Shown: positions 29,947 to 39,951, counted from the stretch's first letter. The stretch: 64,000 bases of DNA from Candidatus Obscuribacteraceae bacterium (GCA_044226015.1 JBGAHS010000009.1:32001-96000), one strand, 5' to 3'. Program-made: numbers and translations. The notes: generated by a model not told the origin, from the sequence alone.

Positions 29947-32900
29947 CTAGCGTTTCGCCAGCCAGACGCGCAGCAGTGAAAGCAGTTGGTTTTTATCAAC
30001 TGGCTTACTTATGTAATCTGACGCACCAGCTTCCATACACTTTCTGCGGTCATCTTTCATAGCTTTTGCAGTTACCGCTATCATGGGTAGGTCTTTGAAG
30101 CGCTCATTCTTTCTGATTTCTGTCATGGCTTCATAGCCATCCATCTCGGGCATCATCATATCCATAAGCACCAAATCCACATCGGGATTATCGAGTAATT
30201 GCTTGAGAGATTCCTTGCCATTGTTCGCAAAAATCAAGTCCATGTCTAGTCGCGAAAGAAGCGCCTTTAGTGCCATCTGGTTGCGGGCGTCATCGTCAAC
30301 TACGAGTATCTTTCGACCATTCAAATTAGAATCCGCAGAAAGCGCTTTTTGAATCATCGTTCGCTTGTGCAGCGGCAAATTGGTTTCAACGCGATGCAGA
30401 AAGAGTGAGGCTTCGAGCAGTAAGCGCTCGAGTGATTCTATGTCTTTTACTATTCCTGTTTTGCCAAGCTCTTTGAGTCGCCCATGCTCTGTGGTAGCAA
30501 GTTCATTGCCTGAGTAGACCAGTACCGGAACTTCCCGCATTTGATCGAGCTTTTGTGCGGTTTCAATGAAATCAAAAAGCGGCATGTCTGGCAATCCGGC
30601 TCCGACCACCACGCAGTCAAATCGCTTGCTTCGCATTACTTCCATCGCTTCCTTCGCTGAAGCAGCTAAAAGCAGGTCTTGCCCCTCTTCCAGTAGGAGA
30701 TCTATGCACTGTTTCGCTTTTGAGTCATCAGCTTCAACCAGCAAAACTGAGTTTTTCCTCGATTCCTGGTCTTTTAGTTTCTTTATCGCTTGACTCAGGC
30801 TTTCAAGTTGGGTGGGCTTCTCCAGGTAACCCATGGCACCGCCTGTGAGGGCACGCATGCGTTCGGAGTCTACCGTGATAATGTGCACAGGAATGTGCCT
30901 GGTCTCAGCAGTTGTTTTGAGCCGGTCTAGCACAACCCATCCGTCGGTATCTGGTAAGTGAAGATCAAGTGTAATGCCATCAGGTTTAAGCTGGCACGCC
31001 AGCTCAAAACCTGTTTTTCCAGTTCCGGCCACTACACTCTTAAATCCATTTTTTCTCGCCGTATCGAGCAATATCTTTGCAAAGGTTGCATCGTCTTCTA
31101 TTATCAGAAGAACTTTGTCATGTGCATCAATATTGTCTCTGTCATCGGGAACAAAGATGCCTGGTGCTTCAGAAGCTTTTGAAGAGGATTGTGCTGGTTC
31201 TGCTTGTTCAAGCTGCTTAGCTACGGCATTCAGGTCGATCTTATTGCCATTGCCACCATCATACCTGTTTTCTGAGCTAGCAGGTGGCCCACTTATTGGA
31301 AGAAAGAGAGTGAATTCGCTTCCCTTACCTGGCGCGCTTCTCAGTTCTATTTTTCCGCCAAGCAGAGCTGTAAGCTCGCGGCAGATTGAGAGTCCCAGTC
31401 CGGTGCCACCATATTCGCTGAGTATCTTTGGTTCAGCTTGCTGGAAGGGTTCGAAGACCATCTGATGTTTCTCTGGTGCAATTCCAATTCCTGTGTCGCT
31501 TACAGAGAATTTTATGAATGGAACACTTTCAATCAAGACTGGACTGACTGCTAGAGTGATGCCGCCTTCCTTGGTAAACTTGAAAGCATTAGAAAGTAAG
31601 TTATTCAAAATTTGTGAAATGCGTTTCTCATCGCTCTCGAATGCGTCCGGAGCATCGTCTGTTACTTCAACCTTGAAGAAGAGGCTCTTATTGTGAGCTT
31701 CTGTGGTGAAATTCGACCGTAAGGTGGCTACCAGCGTATGTACATCGATGCGTTCCGGTTCGATTGATAATTTGCCTGCTTCGATTTTTGAAAGGTCTAA
31801 TACATCGTTGATCAGCCCAAGTAGAGAGTTGCCTGAAGACCTTATCGATTTTGCAAACTCGACTTGTTCTTCTGTGAGATTGTTGTCGCTATTTTCTGCC
31901 AGAATGTCTGCAAATATGAGCATGCTGTTAAGAGGCGTTCTCAAATCGTGAGACATGTTTGCCATGAATTCTGATTTGTATTTGGATGCAAGAGTTAGCT
32001 CAGAATGTTTATCACGCAATTCAAAATGCAATTTGTCGAGGGTGCGATTTTGTTCAGCTATGGCGTTGTTTTGTTCTTCCAATTCATCAGACTTCTGTTC
32101 TAACTCTTCGTTTGTCTGGCGTAGCTCTTCCTGTTGAACTTCCAGTTCCTCCTGCTGCGCCTGTAGCTCTTCATTCATAGTTTGGGTGTCGCGAAGTAAG
32201 CTTTCTGTAGCCAGATTTAGCTCAATAGAGTTCATGATTGAGCCCAACCATGGTGCCAGGTTTGCCATCAATTTTTCGACTTGCTCACTGAAGCCTTGTA
32301 CGGACGCAACTTCAATGATGCCTTTTAATTCCGTACCAAAAAATATTGGTTGAACAATTAGCCCTAACTTTTTTGATCTTAGCAGTGTAGAAGTTATTAC
32401 CTTGTTTTCGGAATCGAGCTCCTTAAAGTGCTTGGCGACACCTGTCTGTGCAACCTGTCCCAATAGTCCTTCACCAAAGTCGATGCTTTTTTGAAGCGTG
32501 TTAGGATCGCAGGCATACGCTCCAATTAGATGCAAATCTTTTTTGTTTGCATCCAAATGTACACGGTATATGGTGCCTTGCTGAGCCTCGATAGCTTCTG
32601 CAAGTGTTTCAATGAAGCCTGCGCCTAGTGATTCAAGAGTGCGGTATTGCTGAAGTCTTGCAGTAAGGTCAGTAAATTTATCTTTGATCCAGTTCTCCTG
32701 ACGCGCGGCTGTATCCTGTGCTTGAAGCTTAGAAGTCATTTCGTTAAATGCATCAGCAAGTACGTTAATTTCATCATTTCCTGGAAGTACCGTTCGCACT
32801 GCGAAGTTACCTTGACCTACCTGGATGGCATTCTGCTGCAAAGCTGTTATTTTCGAACTTATGGCTCGACCAACCAGATATCCGATAACGCCGATGAGGA

Positions 32901-33474
32901 GTACTGCCGCCATAGAGCCATATAGTGACGATTTTTCTGTCATTTCGACTAATTGAATGGCGGATGTGGTGCGAGTGTTTAATAACCTCTGCTCCTCAAA
33001 CTTCATTTTTTGAACGATATGATCAATGTCCTCGCGCAGCTTAAGTCCAGTTTTCTGCTGAATCAGATTCGCAGAGCCCTGGAAATCTTTTCTTCTCGCT
33101 TCAATAACTAAGTCGTTGAATGAAATCTTTTTGTCAATGATTGGGGCAAGTTCTGCACAATAAGAAGTTTGTGTTGGGTTATCTGCTGTGAGCTTTCTTA
33201 TTTCGTCGAGTTCAACGAGCGGTTTTACTTTGTACGTGTTGTAGTCAGAAAGAAATGTTGGATCTGCCGCAACGCAGAAGCCTCGTGCGCACCCTTCAAG
33301 ACGACTGATCGATTCGGATAAACTATCGAGCCTGCCCAAAACTTGATATGTATGCTCGACCCACTGCCTCGTGGTGCTCAGTCTGTCGAGGTTATGATGA
33401 TAAACGAAGCCTATAATCAAAGGGCTAATTACGGCAACTAGAAATGCAAAACCTAGTTTTGCGCTGATCTTCAT
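29947..33474 (-). CDS. Hybrid sensor histidine kinase (CHASE3-HAMP-GAF-coiled coil-HisKA-HATPase-3xREC)
   Basis: WVEHTYQV (CHASE3), DEINVLADAFNEM (HAMP), MSHDLRTPL, NLLSNAFKFT, DTGIGI, GGTGLGL, three receiver domains. Confidence 0.95.
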   Translation of the reverse strand: MKISAKLGFAFLVAVISPLIIGFVYHHNLDRLSTTRQWVEHTYQVLGRLDSLSESISRLEGCARGFCVAADPTFLSDYNTYKVKPLVELDEIRKLTADNPTQTSYCAELAPIIDKKISFNDLVIEARRKDFQGSANLIQQKTGLKLREDIDHIVQKMKFEEQRLLNTRTTSAIQLVEMTEKSSLYGSMAAVLLIGVIGYLVGRAISSKITALQQNAIQVGQGNFAVRTVLPGNDEINVLADAFNEMTSKLQAQDTAARQENWIKDKFTDLTARLQQYRTLESLGAGFIETLAEAIEAQQGTIYRVHLDANKKDLHLIGAYACDPNTLQKSIDFGEGLLGQVAQTGVAKHFKELDSENKVITSTLLRSKKLGLIVQPIFFGTELKGIIEVASVQGFSEQVEKLMANLAPWLGSIMNSIELNLATESLLRDTQTMNEELQAQQEELEVQQEELRQTNEELEQKSDELEEQNNAIAEQNRTLDKLHFELRDKHSELTLASKYKSEFMANMSHDLRTPLNSMLIFADILAENSDNNLTEEQVEFAKSIRSSGNSLLGLINDVLDLSKIEAGKLSIEPERIDVHTLVATLRSNFTTEAHNKSLFFKVEVTDDAPDAFESDEKRISQILNNLLSNAFKFTKEGGITLAVSPVLIESVPFIKFSVSDTGIGIAPEKHQMVFEPFQQAEPKILSEYGGTGLGLSICRELTALLGGKIELRSAPGKGSEFTLFLPISGPPASSENRYDGGNGNKIDLNAVAKQLEQAEPAQSSSKASEAPGIFVPDDRDNIDAHDKVLLIIEDDATFAKILLDTARKNGFKSVVAGTGKTGFELACQLKPDGITLDLHLPDTDGWVVLDRLKTTAETRHIPVHIITVDSERMRALTGGAMGYLEKPTQLESLSQAIKKLKDQESRKNSVLLVEADDSKAKQCIDLLLEEGQDLLLAASAKEAMEVMRSKRFDCVVVGAGLPDMPLFDFIETAQKLDQMREVPVLVYSGNELATTEHGRLKELGKTGIVKDIESLERLLLEASLFLHRVETNLPLHKRTMIQKALSADSNLNGRKILVVDDDARNQMALKALLSRLDMDLIFANNGKESLKQLLDNPDVDLVLMDMMMPEMDGYEAMTEIRKNERFKDLPMIAVTAKAMKDDRRKCMEAGASDYISKPVDKNQLLSLLRVWLAKR

Positions 33475-33584
33475 ACTATGCTCAGAAAATTCGGATTGGT
33501 CTACGGCTAGATCATAATCCGCTTTTCCTTATTTATCCACAGCTTTGAGCGAATCAGCTTCGCGCGTTTAGCATACTTTCGTCA

Positions 33585-33848
33585 TCAGCAGATGCCATGA
33601 TCTATGGAAAGCCTGATAAGGATTTCCTGATACTGTTTTGTAAATGCCTCTGATTCCGCGGCTTTTCCAGATCGCTCAAGATAGCTGGCATATTCGAAAA
33701 CCGTTAATCCCATTTCTGCGCTGATGTAACCGAATTTTTCAGAAGCAAACTCCATTGACTCTCTGAAGAGCTTGTCGGCTCGCTGAGCCGAAAAGAGAGA
33801 GGACAACTTGGCTTTCAGTAGTATGAGGGTAAGATTTACGTTTTCCAT
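33585..33848 (-). CDS. Small TPR-like hypothetical protein
   Basis: ADKLFRESME...FG...YASYLERSGK..ES resembles a TPR pair; start chosen at MENVNL. Confidence 0.55.
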   Translation of the reverse strand: MENVNLTLILLKAKLSSLFSAQRADKLFRESMEFASEKFGYISAEMGLTVFEYASYLERSGKAAESEAFTKQYQEILIRLSIDHGIC

Positions 33849-34135
33849 GAATGTTCTTCGATGTGATTTGAATGAGCATAAATCGCAAATATGAAAATGG
33901 TTGGAAACGCTGTTTTTGCATTGGTAATTTCTCTGCTCCAGATATGGTGGCATCGCTAAGGCGTGGTGCCTATCCACATCTCTTGGCTCGACACAATTCA
34001 GCTTTTTGCCAAATTTTTTCAAGAATCTTTCAGGTGGCGTCTGGCATCATCAGTGTGATGTGGTTCTAGACAAATTTCAAAACGAAATGTTGTTGCAGGT
34101 TCAGTCCTCATCGGGCTGGGGAGTTCTTTGTACAG

Positions 34136-34384
34136 ATGGAAGAAATCAATACTCGAGCAAAACGGGCGCCGATTACGCCGCGAGAAATAGAAATACTAAA
34201 GCTACTTGCGAAAGGTTATTCGAACCAGCAGATTGCGGTCGAACTCGACTGCGCCAAGGAGACTGTAAAGACGCATATTCGGCACATTTTGTCTAAGTTT
34301 AATGCAACTGATCGAACGGATGCAGCCCTAATTGCAAAGTCACAAGGAGTGCTTGATTCTGCCCTTGATGAAATCTGGCATTAG
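34136..34384 (+). CDS. Stand-alone LuxR-type HTH regulator
   Basis: ITPREIEILKLLAKGYSNQQIA..L..AKETVKTHIRHILSK. Confidence 0.9.
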   Translation: MEEINTRAKRAPITPREIEILKLLAKGYSNQQIAVELDCAKETVKTHIRHILSKFNATDRTDAALIAKSQGVLDSALDEIWH

Positions 34385-34749
34385 CTGCACCATGATTGAA
34401 TGACAAGCTTTAGCTTTCGTTGTTCAATCGGCCTCTTCAGGAATTCATCGCAGCCAGCTTGTATCATCAGCGTTTCGTCGTTTTGATTTTTGCTGATCGC
34501 GATTATTGGGGTTCTTGCAAATCCTTCTGAAGCTTCTTCCTCGCGAATTGTTCTGATTGCCTCGGCGCACTTAGCGTTCATCGTTGCTTCGATGAGTAAA
34601 AGAGCGTATTTACGGCTTCGCACTGCTGATAAAAGGTCGTCCAACGCGAATACCTGAATAGGTTCAAAATCCAACTTCTTCAGCTGTATGCTCAAGAGCT
34701 GATTTTGTGAGCTGTTCGAATCTGCGACTATGATAACTTTGGCACCCAT
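34381..34749 (-). CDS. Single-domain response regulator (atypical; Glu at phospho-Asp position)
   Basis: TPIIAIS, AGCDEFLKRPI; LLLIEATM where LILMD.MP is expected. Confidence 0.8.
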   Translation of the reverse strand: MGAKVIIVADSNSSQNQLLSIQLKKLDFEPIQVFALDDLLSAVRSRKYALLLIEATMNAKCAEAIRTIREEEASEGFARTPIIAISKNQNDETLMIQAGCDEFLKRPIEQRKLKLVIQSWCS

Positions 34750-34875
34750 AAACTCTATTATTAGAGCGGAGTTTTCAAAGATTCAACTCACTCAAACGGG
34801 TGAGACAGCAATAGGCGACGGTCGCAAATCACCCATCTCATCAGTAAGACAGGAATTTGCCGTTACTTGCTGTCC

Positions 34876-35691
34876 TTAATTGATTAACGAAAGTTGCTCA
34901 TTCATCAGGCGCTCACAAAAAGATTTGCGATGCCAAATTGTTAGCCCGTGTTCTTGAATCGCATCTCTGTGATCTTTAGAGCCGTAGCCCTTATTTGAAA
35001 ACCAATTGTAGTGAGGAAAGTCGTTGTGCAGTTCGCCCATTAGTTTGTCTCGGTGAACTTTGGCAATCACTGAGGCCGCAGCAATAGAAGCTGATATACC
35101 GTCTCCTCCGATGACTAAGATTTGACGCAAATCGAGGTGAGATACTTTTTGGTTTCCATCAACCAGCACCACAGATGAATTCGTAACCGACAACTTTTTG
35201 ATCGCTCTATTCATAGCGACAAAACTGGCCTGGAGAATGTTGATCTCATCGATTTCGTCGACGCTTGCTTCGGCAATTGCATACTCGCAGTTCTTGCGTA
35301 GAACCTCCGCTAATTCTTCTCTGGCGTTTGCTGTCAACTTTTTAGAGTCGTTAAGTCGTGAAAGCAACTGATGGATTTCTGCATTTTGGTCGATCGAAGA
35401 GAGATTCACAGCAACAGCGACAACCGGTCCGGCGAGGCAGCCGCGCCCGACCTCGTCGGTACCCAACAAGACTGAGTCATCGTTACGCAGCCACTTCTTG
35501 CGCATGTCTGCGTCAAATTCCAACAACTTAGGCAGTATGCTTTCCACTTTTTTTCTACCCGATGGCTTCTTCTCCGTTTTTGGAGCAGCAGAATCTGTTT
35601 TTGTAGACTTCTTTGCACGTTCTGTTGAAGAAGCCTTTTTCTCCAACTTTTTGTCCAGGTCGAGGGTGGCACTACTGATGGTGGCGCTCAT
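34876..35691 (-). CDS. rnhB: Ribonuclease HII
   Basis: GTDEVGRGCLAGP, LNDSKKL, VDGN, SIAAASVIAKV, NKGYG, HRKSF; Lys-rich N-terminal extension. Confidence 0.95.
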   Translation of the reverse strand: MSATISSATLDLDKKLEKKASSTERAKKSTKTDSAAPKTEKKPSGRKKVESILPKLLEFDADMRKKWLRNDDSVLLGTDEVGRGCLAGPVVAVAVNLSSIDQNAEIHQLLSRLNDSKKLTANAREELAEVLRKNCEYAIAEASVDEIDEINILQASFVAMNRAIKKLSVTNSSVVLVDGNQKVSHLDLRQILVIGGDGISASIAAASVIAKVHRDKLMGELHNDFPHYNWFSNKGYGSKDHRDAIQEHGLTIWHRKSFCERLMNEQLSLIN

Positions 35692-35772
35692 TCCTGTATA
35701 TACCTCGCATATGTTACTTTCGCGGAATAGCAACATTCTAGAAGGCGCTTGGAATGAGCACATTAAGCAACT

Positions 35773-36687
35773 TTATCTTGCTTCCATTTTGTCTAAGACC
35801 ACACGGGTTAATTTCCCGCTTCTGAACTCTGAAAGAAATATTCCTGCTGCACGTTTTATATCCAACTTACCACCTGCTTTGAGGCAGGAACGTGCTTTTG
35901 CCACTGTTTCAAGGCAGCTCTTTGCTCCAAGAAATTCTCTGGGGTCTAACTCATCATCGAAGTAATCTGGTTCCGTTTGGGCGCTATCTTCTATGGCGGA
36001 GCCGTTTGAATCAGAATTGTATGTGTCGAGACTCGATGGATATAGTTCTTTCATCAACTCATAACCGAAGGCAGCCACTTCCTCGACGTCGTAATGGTCT
36101 CCGGGAAGGATGTTGCATAGCCCGAGCTTGAGCGCCTGCTCCCCTCTAAATGCCACAAGTGGCAGTATGCCTGGTGTGTCGAGCAGTTCTATTTCTGAAT
36201 GCACGCGAATCCAGCTGTTTCCCCGGGTGACGCCTGGAGTGTTAGCAACAGCGGCTTTCTTCTTTCCAATCATCCAATTTATCAAGCTCGACTTGCCTAC
36301 GTTTGGTAAGCCAAAAACTGCAACCCGAACCGGACGAGGCAGCATGCCTTTTCGTTTGCGGGCTTCATTTTTCTCGTGACAGAGTTCAGCTGCCAGTTCT
36401 AAAAGCTTGTCTTGACCGCGATCAAACTTCAACGACAGTGCGATCGCTCTTCGGTCAGGTTCCTGACTATTGAACCTTGCAACCCATTTCCGCAGAGCGT
36501 GCGGGTCCGCAAGGTCTTCTTTGCAAAGTACTATCACTCGGGGCTTTCGACCGAGCAATTCATTACATTTTGGATGAGTACTACTAATCGGCAGGCGCGC
36601 ATCTCTCACTTCAAAGACAACGTCGACAGCCTGAAGCTGTTCTTGCAGTCTTTTGAGAGGCGTGCCTGCCTTCTTACCTGGAGGCAT
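35773..36687 (-). CDS. rbgA: Ribosome biogenesis GTPase RbgA/YlqF
   Basis: EVRDARLP, circularly permuted G4 (CKED), GLPNVGKSS, TPGVT, DTPG; between rplS and rnhB. Confidence 0.92.
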   Translation of the reverse strand: MPPGKKAGTPLKRLQEQLQAVDVVFEVRDARLPISSTHPKCNELLGRKPRVIVLCKEDLADPHALRKWVARFNSQEPDRRAIALSLKFDRGQDKLLELAAELCHEKNEARKRKGMLPRPVRVAVFGLPNVGKSSLINWMIGKKKAAVANTPGVTRGNSWIRVHSEIELLDTPGILPLVAFRGEQALKLGLCNILPGDHYDVEEVAAFGYELMKELYPSSLDTYNSDSNGSAIEDSAQTEPDYFDDELDPREFLGAKSCLETVAKARSCLKAGGKLDIKRAAGIFLSEFRSGKLTRVVLDKMEAR

Positions 36688-36744
36688 GAGAATCCTATGC
36701 TAGCAAAACTAGCGTTGGCAACTCTACTGGAATGAGCGTTGAGT

Positions 36745-37173
36745 TTAGGACTCTGAGCTTGCTTCTGGAGCTGGTGCCAGGTCTTTTGCTGGAGCCTTCT
36801 TCGCCGCAGCGTTCATTTCCTTCTGACCACCCATCTTTTCTTTGATACGGGTAGCCTTACCGGAACGGCTTCTCAAATAGTAGAGCTTGGCGCGGCGAAC
36901 TTGACCACGTCTTTGTACGCTGATTTTCTCAACACGGGGTGAGTGGACTGGAAATACTCTTTCAATTCCAACACCCTGGAAAACTCGGCGAACTGTGATG
37001 GTCTGGTTGATGGTATGGCCTGTCTTCTTGATGATGACGCCTTCATAACCTTGTGTACGCTCTTTGCCGCCTTCTTTGATTTTGAAGAAGACTTTGACAG
37101 TGTCGCCCACATCCATTTGTGGAAGATTGTTCTTCAAATAGGGGGCTTCGATTTCTTTCAGAATCTGATTCAT
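36745..37173 (-). CDS. rplS: 50S ribosomal protein L19
   Basis: GDTVKV, KERTQGYEG, GVGIERVFPVHSP, VRRAKLYYLR. Confidence 0.98.
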   Translation of the reverse strand: MNQILKEIEAPYLKNNLPQMDVGDTVKVFFKIKEGGKERTQGYEGVIIKKTGHTINQTITVRRVFQGVGIERVFPVHSPRVEKISVQRRGQVRRAKLYYLRSRSGKATRIKEKMGGQKEMNAAAKKAPAKDLAPAPEASSES

Positions 37174-37502
37174 GGCTTTATATCTATTTTCGTGGAAAAC
37201 TGAGTTGACGATCTTATCACGAGCTCGATGGCAGATTGTCTAGCCAAGGGTTTAGCCGTTAAGCGCTCGTTATATATATTGGTCTAAAACTTTCTAAGAA
37301 AACCGAGAAGGTCACTTTTCGTCTGTGCTTTGAACGCTTTCTTAAGCCCGATTCATTCAATGAGTGGTCGCTGCACCACCCATATATGAGGATGGTTCGG
37401 AGCGCCGGTGTAGTTTTCATGTCTTTCTGTGACGGCAAGGCTCAGATTTTTCCTGGAACTTAAATGGTACGGGTTTCGAATCCGGTCTGAACCACGGAGT
37501 AA

Positions 37503-37523
37503 GACCGCCGGCATCCTTCCGGC
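37503..37523. repeat. REP-like palindrome, copy 2
   Basis: gaccgccggcatccttccggc, similar to reverse complement of 9148..9168. Confidence 0.45.
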
Positions 37524-37548
37524 TTCTGGAAATATTCGGAGTCTGCGA

Positions 37549-38022
37549 CTATTCAGTAGCCATCAATATGCGACCGTTGGACAGTCCGCGGAGTTCCTCA
37601 ATGAAGTTTTCAACTGACTGGAACTGACGATATACGGAAGCAAAGCGAACGTAAGCTACTTCGTTCAGCAGCTTTAAGCGTGCCAAAACAAGTTCCCCGA
37701 GATTTTGCGAAGCAATTTCTCTTTTACCTAGAATCTGGAACTCAAGTTCGATGGCATCGAGGATCTCTTCAATTTGCTCGGCACTAACTGAAGTTTTTCT
37801 ACAGGCTGTAACAATTCCCGTCATCAATTTTTCCCTGGAATAGGCCTCTCTGCTTCCAGAATTTTTCACTACTAATACTTGTATCGTCTCGACTCGCTCG
37901 TAAGTCGTAAAGCGCCTTTTGCATGTCTCGCATTCTCTTCTGCGGCGCATAGTCTTATTTTCTTCACTGACTCGTGATTCTAAAACTCGACTATCTTTTT
38001 GTTGGCAAAAAGGACAATACAA
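37549..38022 (-). CDS. nrdR: Transcriptional repressor NrdR
   Basis: CPFC, SRVLESR, RRRECETCKRRFTTYE, ATP cone, VAYVRFASVY; TTG start after GGAGG. Confidence 0.97.
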   Translation of the reverse strand: MYCPFCQQKDSRVLESRVSEENKTMRRRRECETCKRRFTTYERVETIQVLVVKNSGSREAYSREKLMTGIVTACRKTSVSAEQIEEILDAIELEFQILGKREIASQNLGELVLARLKLLNEVAYVRFASVYRQFQSVENFIEELRGLSNGRILMATE

Positions 38023-38082
38023 TAGAGAACCCTCCGAGCTAGCACTACAATAATACATGCAACTTTAGTAAGAGCAACACGC

Positions 38083-38754
38083 TTGAAAAAAACGGAAAAA
38101 AGTTACTATCAGATCCTCGGATTGCGCACTGATGCTAGTCCGGCGGATATAAAGCGTGCCTATAGAGAGATAGTCAAAAAGCATCATCCTGATCTTGGGC
38201 AACATCATAAAAGCGAAGATGACCTTGCTCAAGATACTGAGGAAATGCTTCTTATTAACGAAGCGTACGAGACTCTGAAGGACAAGAAAAAGCGGTCAGC
38301 ATATGATGTAAGAATTGGCGTCACAGTATCAATCAAGCCGTTCAAAATGGAAGCGCACAATGAGGATCAGGCTCGGGCTGTCTTTCTTGCGAAGGTTTTT
38401 CACCCATCTCGCTTGGCTATCGGCAAAGTCCTTTCCAATTACAGCAAACAGATCAAAATTCTTTCTGCAGATCCCTATGACGATGAATTGCTCGATCAAT
38501 TTCAGGAATATCTTGATGAATTCGAAGCGGCACTCCGGAAGTCCTCGAATCTTTTTTCAAAACATCAAACTCCCACAACGCTTGAGCCAGCAGCCCTGAT
38601 GATGCGCCATTGTATTGCTCAGTCCTCCGATGCATTGGATGATATGAGAAGGTTTTGCCAGAACTACAACTATGATCATTTGTCTACTGCTGAGGCTCTG
38701 CTTGGCATAGCCCATGATTTATCGAAGAAAGCTTACGCGCTTACTAAAAGCTAA
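38083..38754 (+). CDS. J-domain protein
   Basis: YYQILGL, IKRAYR, HHPD, INEAYETL; C-terminal LSADPYDDEL helical domain. Confidence 0.9.
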   Translation: MKKTEKSYYQILGLRTDASPADIKRAYREIVKKHHPDLGQHHKSEDDLAQDTEEMLLINEAYETLKDKKKRSAYDVRIGVTVSIKPFKMEAHNEDQARAVFLAKVFHPSRLAIGKVLSNYSKQIKILSADPYDDELLDQFQEYLDEFEAALRKSSNLFSKHQTPTTLEPAALMMRHCIAQSSDALDDMRRFCQNYNYDHLSTAEALLGIAHDLSKKAYALTKS

Positions 38755-38866
38755 ATGGCACAGAGCTTTTGCATGCGCTGCGCCATTCTAATGGTTTTGG
38801 ATTGCGGCTAAGTGCAGCCTAGCTGCAAAGGATTGCTCAAGGGATTTTACGCATTGATTGAGCTGG

Positions 38867-39196
38867 CTAGTAGAGTATTGCTCCACCGAGTCCTGGCCCT
38901 ATCTGCAGTGTTTTTCCGTAAATCGTGTCGTCTTTTCTGTGACCTTTTTTGAAGCGAATAATTGAGGGCTGGTCTGGAATTACGTAGTATTCTCCAGAGC
39001 CATTGATGACCCTACCCTTCAACTTGAACTTCGGCTCTTCAACTTCTGGATTTATAGTCTTGTATCTTTGATCAAGTTTGTTAGCGGCACCACCAGGAAA
39101 AACAGTATCAGTGTCTATTACCTGAGCAATGGCAGGGGCTGTCGCTGAGCTTGCAATCAAAACTGCTAGAGCCGGCAATAAAGGTTTGTGTGTCAT
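38867..39196 (-). CDS. Exported hypothetical protein
   Basis: Signal peptide MTHKPLLPALAVLIASSATAPAIA; GAGG RBS. Confidence 0.7.
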   Translation of the reverse strand: MTHKPLLPALAVLIASSATAPAIAQVIDTDTVFPGGAANKLDQRYKTINPEVEEPKFKLKGRVINGSGEYYVIPDQPSIIRFKKGHRKDDTIYGKTLQIGPGLGGAILY

Positions 39197-39276
39197 GATA
39201 TTTGTCCTCCGTTGCAGATTCGACGGAGCTTTCAGATTATGGTTCCCGAATTGACCAGGAAACATTTATCCGCGCA

Positions 39277-39951
39277 TCAAACACTTATCGCTTTGCTACC
39301 GTGAATGGTGGCATAATTGCTCGACGCAGCCTTACGTTCTTTCGGTTTGTTGCTTGTGTTAGTAAGTAATGCAAGTATCGGGGGCTTTAGCCATCCTCGG
39401 CGGGTAATAGCGTGAAAAAGCGAATATCCTGTCGTTTCGCAATCCAGTTCCAGGACGTCCAGCTCTGCTCTGGAGATTAGTCCCAACTCAAGCAGTTGTC
39501 GAGAAAACCGACTTTGATGCATAGGAGACAGTTGCAACAGATCTTGCAAGCGAAGATAGTACGCCAGTTGTTCCCATGTAATTAACTTTCGTGCTACAAA
39601 AATTCTTCCTAACGGAAGTGGAGGCTTGCATAACTGCTGTGTTTCAAGAGCAGAATCAAGTTGTTCTTTAGTAATCAATCCAGCATCTATTAGCATTTCG
39701 CCAAGAAGTAGTCCACTTCCAGTAACAGACCCGTGTTGTTGTTCGTTTAGCCTTAACTGCGGCTTCGTTATTTCGAATACTTCCTGCAGTTTTTCTTTAG
39801 CGACCTTATACCGTTTAGCCTGATCAGGCTCGTGTTCAGATTCATTTTGTGCCAAAAGAAGTGCTCCACTGAGCTTTTGATATTGTTTCCGCAGAGCGGT
39901 AGAACTTGAACATTCATTCAAGCCCATTAGCAAAGTTAGTAATTTTCGCAT
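39277..39951 (-). CDS. Protein with degenerate J-like N-terminus and MshEN/GSPII_N-like repeats
   Basis: LLGEMLIDAGLITKEQLDSALETQ, PLGRIFVARKLITWEQL, RFSRQLLELGLIS. Confidence 0.75.
   Translation of the reverse strand: MRKLLTLLMGLNECSSSTALRKQYQKLSGALLLAQNESEHEPDQAKRYKVAKEKLQEVFEITKPQLRLNEQQHGSVTGSGLLLGEMLIDAGLITKEQLDSALETQQLCKPPLPLGRIFVARKLITWEQLAYYLRLQDLLQLSPMHQSRFSRQLLELGLISRAELDVLELDCETTGYSLFHAITRRGWLKPPILALLTNTSNKPKERKAASSNYATIHGSKAISV

Noticed and set aside
37439..37494. tRNA-like fragment (gggtttcgaatccg...tctgaacca)
   Set aside because: T-arm-like hairpin and CCA are present, but it spans only ~56 nt with no D-arm or anticodon arm
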